A stretch of DNA of 52,893 nt from Octopus bimaculoides (Eukaryota): contig NC_068989.1 of assembly GCF_001194135.2 (NCBI RefSeq), positions 45,673,387-45,726,279 on the forward strand, given 5' to 3'. Both the position numbers and the translations under genes were made by a program. Below, piece after piece: positions 49,691 through 52,893 of this stretch. Under the pieces are notes generated by a model. That model saw only the letters and a list, made by a program, of their open reading frames with translations. It had not been told where the DNA came from and searched no databases. The number at the start of each line of letters is the position of its first letter. Position 1 is the first letter of the stretch.

Positions 49691-50418
49691 GGGCTGTTTT
49701 GTCCTGCTGGAGACAAGGTAGCGCAACTTCTGTGCTTATACTGGCTATTAATACAAAAATAGGGCTCCCAACTCTTCCCTTGTTTCTTCTGTCTCTTCTT
49801 TGATAGCATGTCAGTTTTAGAGACGTTCTCATTCTTGAAACTATTTCCCATTCCCATATGATGTTGATACCAACTGCCACTAACAATTGTTCTAGCTCCT
49901 GTAGAAGGAAAGATAACTTCAGCCAATCTAGGATTTATTTTCTATGGTAATTGATATGCCGTATGCCATTGTTTTCAGATCCATACCTCTAGCCACTTCG
50001 AGTTATTTCTCGTAGCACATCTTTGTTACACAACCCCCCACCCCGTACACACATACTAACAACCGTGCGCGTACTCACACACACGCGCACATTGATACAC
50101 CTACTACAGTTTGAAACAATTTATAACCAACTCTATCTCATACTGAGATCTGAAATCCTTTAAGACCTTTCTCGAAATATTGATAAGCCCCTATCCTCTG
50201 GAAGACAATCCCCTATTGGTGTGGAACACAAGTTTGCTTCTAAATACTCTGGTTTCTTATTGAGGCGAGGCATTTCTATCATCATTTTATGATTCACATT
50301 AAGATTTAAACGTATTTCCATGTTAAAGGGATTAGCTGCCGATATAGCGAATGCAAAACAGGATGAAGGAACCGAATCGATTTTACCTAGAGACTCTACA
50401 AATTACGTTCCTCTATAG

Positions 50419-51050
50419 CAGCGGTTATTAACCTTGTTTCGGGCAGTGCCCACCTAGGTAGCGAGTGAAGCATTACGCCAAACTAACTAAACATGGATGA
50501 TAATTTATAAATTTTCCTTAAAAAATGCATTGCATAAGCTTTTAAGAGTGAAATGATAAAACATTAACAAAGACAAAAGTTGTAGATTTACTTTATACAT
50601 TGCAAGTTAATGATTGCCCTGTGCCGTATGAGCTCTAGCTAAATTTTTTATATCAAGTTTAGTGTTAGTCAAAGAAGTTGTAAGTCTCCCTTTTGGCTTA
50701 CAGCAAATTATTTCGTTGTTTAGTGAGCAATTGCAACACCCCACTGAATATTTTCTGTACTAGATATGAAGATGAAGAAGTAATGGACAGTCATTTAATT
50801 TCTTGTCAAAGTTAAAAATGCTTTATATTTTGGACCAGAAGGATTCATAACCAAGCTGTCGAAAATATACTCGAGCTTGGAAATCAGTTTTTAGGTCGAT
50901 AATTTCTTCATGCAAACTTGTTTGAGTAGAAGAGACATCAGAAACACATGGATTAATGATCCAGACAGGCACCTTAAGATCAGTGAAATCTTTAAATCTT
51001 ATCATAAGTTTTCTTTGTGTGTCTGTAGATGAGAACAATAGCAATCTATC
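50419..51050 (-). mobile_element. hAT (Buster/Charlie-type) transposon right end with transposase C-terminus
   Basis: TIR cagcggttattaacc from 50419, preceded by ctcTAtag (nnnTAnnn TSD pattern); RFKDFTDLKVPVWIINP..LHEEIIDLKTD..GYESFW and RGDLQL..TKLDIKNLARAHTAQGNH*. Confidence 0.75.
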
Positions 51051-51066
51051 CGTAGGTAATTGCTAT

Positions 51067-51268
51067 AGGGCGGTGAGCTGGCAGAGCCGGTAGCACGCCG
51101 GGCAAAATACTTAATAGTATTTTGTTCGTCTTTATGTTCTGAGTTCTAATTCTGCGGATGTCTGCTTTCAGGCTCGATATAAGTACCAGTGGAACACTGG
51201 AGTAGATGTAATTAACTTTCCTGCATTTCTGAAATTGCTGGCCTTGTGCTAAAATTTAAAATCAATAT
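51067..51268 (+). mobile_element. SINE family B copy
   Basis: gggcggtgagctggcagagccggtagcacgccgggcaaaatac..gatataagtaccagtggaacactggagtagatgtaatt..ccttgtgctaaaatttaaaatcaatatt. Confidence 0.7.
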
Positions 51269-51334
51269 TAAATGGCTATCATTGCTTCTTATTATGCTGA
51301 ATGATAATTTGCTGATAAATGCATTTTTAATTGC

Positions 51335-51630
51335 CTTACCAGTGTGGCGTAAGGGGACACATGAGGGCAAGGCGTCCCCAGAACGACGATAAAGGTAAAA
51401 AGGAACAACAGCAGCAGGGTGACGAGCAGGAGCAAAATGCCGAAGCGACGGATCCAGTATGTGAGAAGTGTCCAGAGGAGGTGTAGCGGGTGTATATACG
51501 GTGGTGAATAGGACGAAGAAAAGGAAAGAAGACGTGAACTCACCGCCAAAGAGTCCACTAAAGAAAAGAAAGAAGAGTAAACAAGAAGCACAACATGAGA
51601 CACCAACAACATCAACGGAAGCCAACGCGG
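51335..51630 (+). mobile_element. LINE ORF1-like (gag zinc-knuckle) fragment
   Basis: YQCGVRGHMRARRP resembles a decayed CX2CX4HX4C knuckle, followed by a low-complexity K/E/Q-rich tail (TKKRKEDVNSPPKSPLKKRKK). Confidence 0.45.
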
Positions 51631-51642
51631 TATAACATATAC

Positions 51643-51976
51643 ATAGGCGCAGGCATAACTACATAGTAAGAAGCTTGCTTCGCAACCATACGGTTCTGGG
51701 TTCAGTCTAACTACGTGGCACCTTGGACAAGGGTCTTCTGTTATAACCATGGACTGACTAAAGTTTTGTGAGTGGATTTGGTCGACGGAAACTGAAAGAA
51801 CCCCGTTGTATATTGCTGTGGTAAGAGGCCTGCTTCTCAACCACATGGTTCTGGGTTCAGTCACACCGTATGGCACCTTGGGCAAGTGTCTTCTACTATT
51901 ACCTCTGTCTGATGTAATACTTGGTAGACGGAAACTGAAAGAAGCCCGTCGTATATATATATGTGTGTGTGTGAGT

Positions 51977-52014
<38 letters not shown>

Positions 52015-52225
52015 GTGTGTGTATTTGTGTGTCTGTGCTCCACCCACCGTCGCTTGACAACCGATGTTGGCGTGTTTACGTCCCCGTAACTTAGCGGTTC
52101 GGTAAAAGACTCCGATGGAAAAGTACTAGGCTTACAAAGAATTAGTCCTGGGGTCGAATTGTTTGACTAAAGGCGGTGCTCTATCATGGCCGCTGTAAAA
52201 TGACTGAAACAAGTAAATGAATAAA
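51643..52225 (+). mobile_element. SINE family A: a 5' half (51643-51812) directly followed by a near-complete copy (51813-52225)
   Basis: Head motif gtaagaagcttgc..gggttcagtc..ggcaccttgg..gacggaaactgaaagaa occurs twice in tandem; the second copy continues through the microsatellite and tail. Confidence 0.8.
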
Positions 52226-52249
52226 GGAAAAAAGCAGATTGTGTATCTT

Positions 52250-52452
52250 TGTGTCTGTTTTTGACCCCCCCCCCCCACACACACACACATCAATGTTTGA
52301 AAACCGTTTCCGTAACCTAGAGGTTTGTCAAAAGAGAGAGATAAAATAAGTACAAAGCTTTAAAAAATGTCCATGGTGGAGGGGCGATTTTTCGACTAAA
52401 ATCTTCAAGGCAGTTCTCTAGTATGACCGCAGTCAAATGACTGAAACAATGC
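52250..52452 (+). mobile_element. Degenerate SINE family A 3' half
   Basis: ttccgtaacctagaggtttgtcaaaag..ggggcgatttttcgactaaa..atgaccgcagtcaaatgactgaaac. Confidence 0.55.
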
Positions 52453-52499
52453 GGAGAATAAAATAATATACATACACACTTATAATTACATAGGCAAAC

Positions 52500-52512
52500 C
52501 GATAGATAGATG

Positions 52513-52586
<74 letters not shown>

Positions 52587-52839
52587 GAAATGGATAAATT
52601 GTTGGATATATAGCTACGACTCTATGGGTAGCCAGATTACACAGTTTATCACATTCATTCAAAATATTCTTCTCTGTGTCTGTCACTAAATTGAGGTTCT
52701 AGCTTGCTGCCTAAATTCAGAGTGTATTCATCTTCGCATCTGATTGTTGATGGCACAAGACGATAAACGCGGAGCAGTGACGTGGTAAATTTTCATCTTT
52801 GAAGGAACACAAACACACACACATATACACAGACACGCA

Positions 52840-52893
<54 letters not shown>
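52500..52893. repeat. (GATA)n (52500-52590) and terminal (CA)n microsatellites
   Basis: Directly visible. Confidence 0.9.

Overview
This is AT-rich, microsatellite-dense eukaryotic DNA from a gapped short-read assembly (about 15 N-runs, most abutting (TA)n/(CA)n tracts). The repeat families look to me like octopus (coleoid cephalopod) repeats; that is inference from recall, not a database hit. I found no intact host protein-coding gene, rRNA, tRNA gene or CRISPR array. Most ORFs in the track are microsatellite or N-gap artefacts. The interpretable content is decayed mobile DNA: (i) an internally deleted minus-strand Helitron (Rep HUH/Y2 plus PIF1-type helicase, ~8.3-11.6 kb) with two Helitron 3'-type termini on the opposite strand; (ii) Penelope-like remnants carrying minimal type I hammerhead ribozyme motifs, one with a fully canonical core at 26.8 kb and one decayed at 6.9 kb; (iii) a full-length but inactivated mariner (40.5-41.7 kb) and a tail-to-tail junction of two different Tc1/mariner N-terminal halves (33.6-34.9 kb); (iv) 3' fragments of R4/Dong-, Hero-, RTE- and CR1/L2-type LINEs and a Buster/Charlie hAT; (v) three tRNA-derived SINE families, one copy of which contains a 166-bp solo-LTR-like insert with a 5-bp TSD. 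One CpG-rich island (44.4-45.0 kb) with a candidate 63-nt first coding exon is the best hint of a host gene start. All translations and alignments were done by eye, and element boundaries are approximate (plus or minus tens of bp) unless exact termini are quoted.
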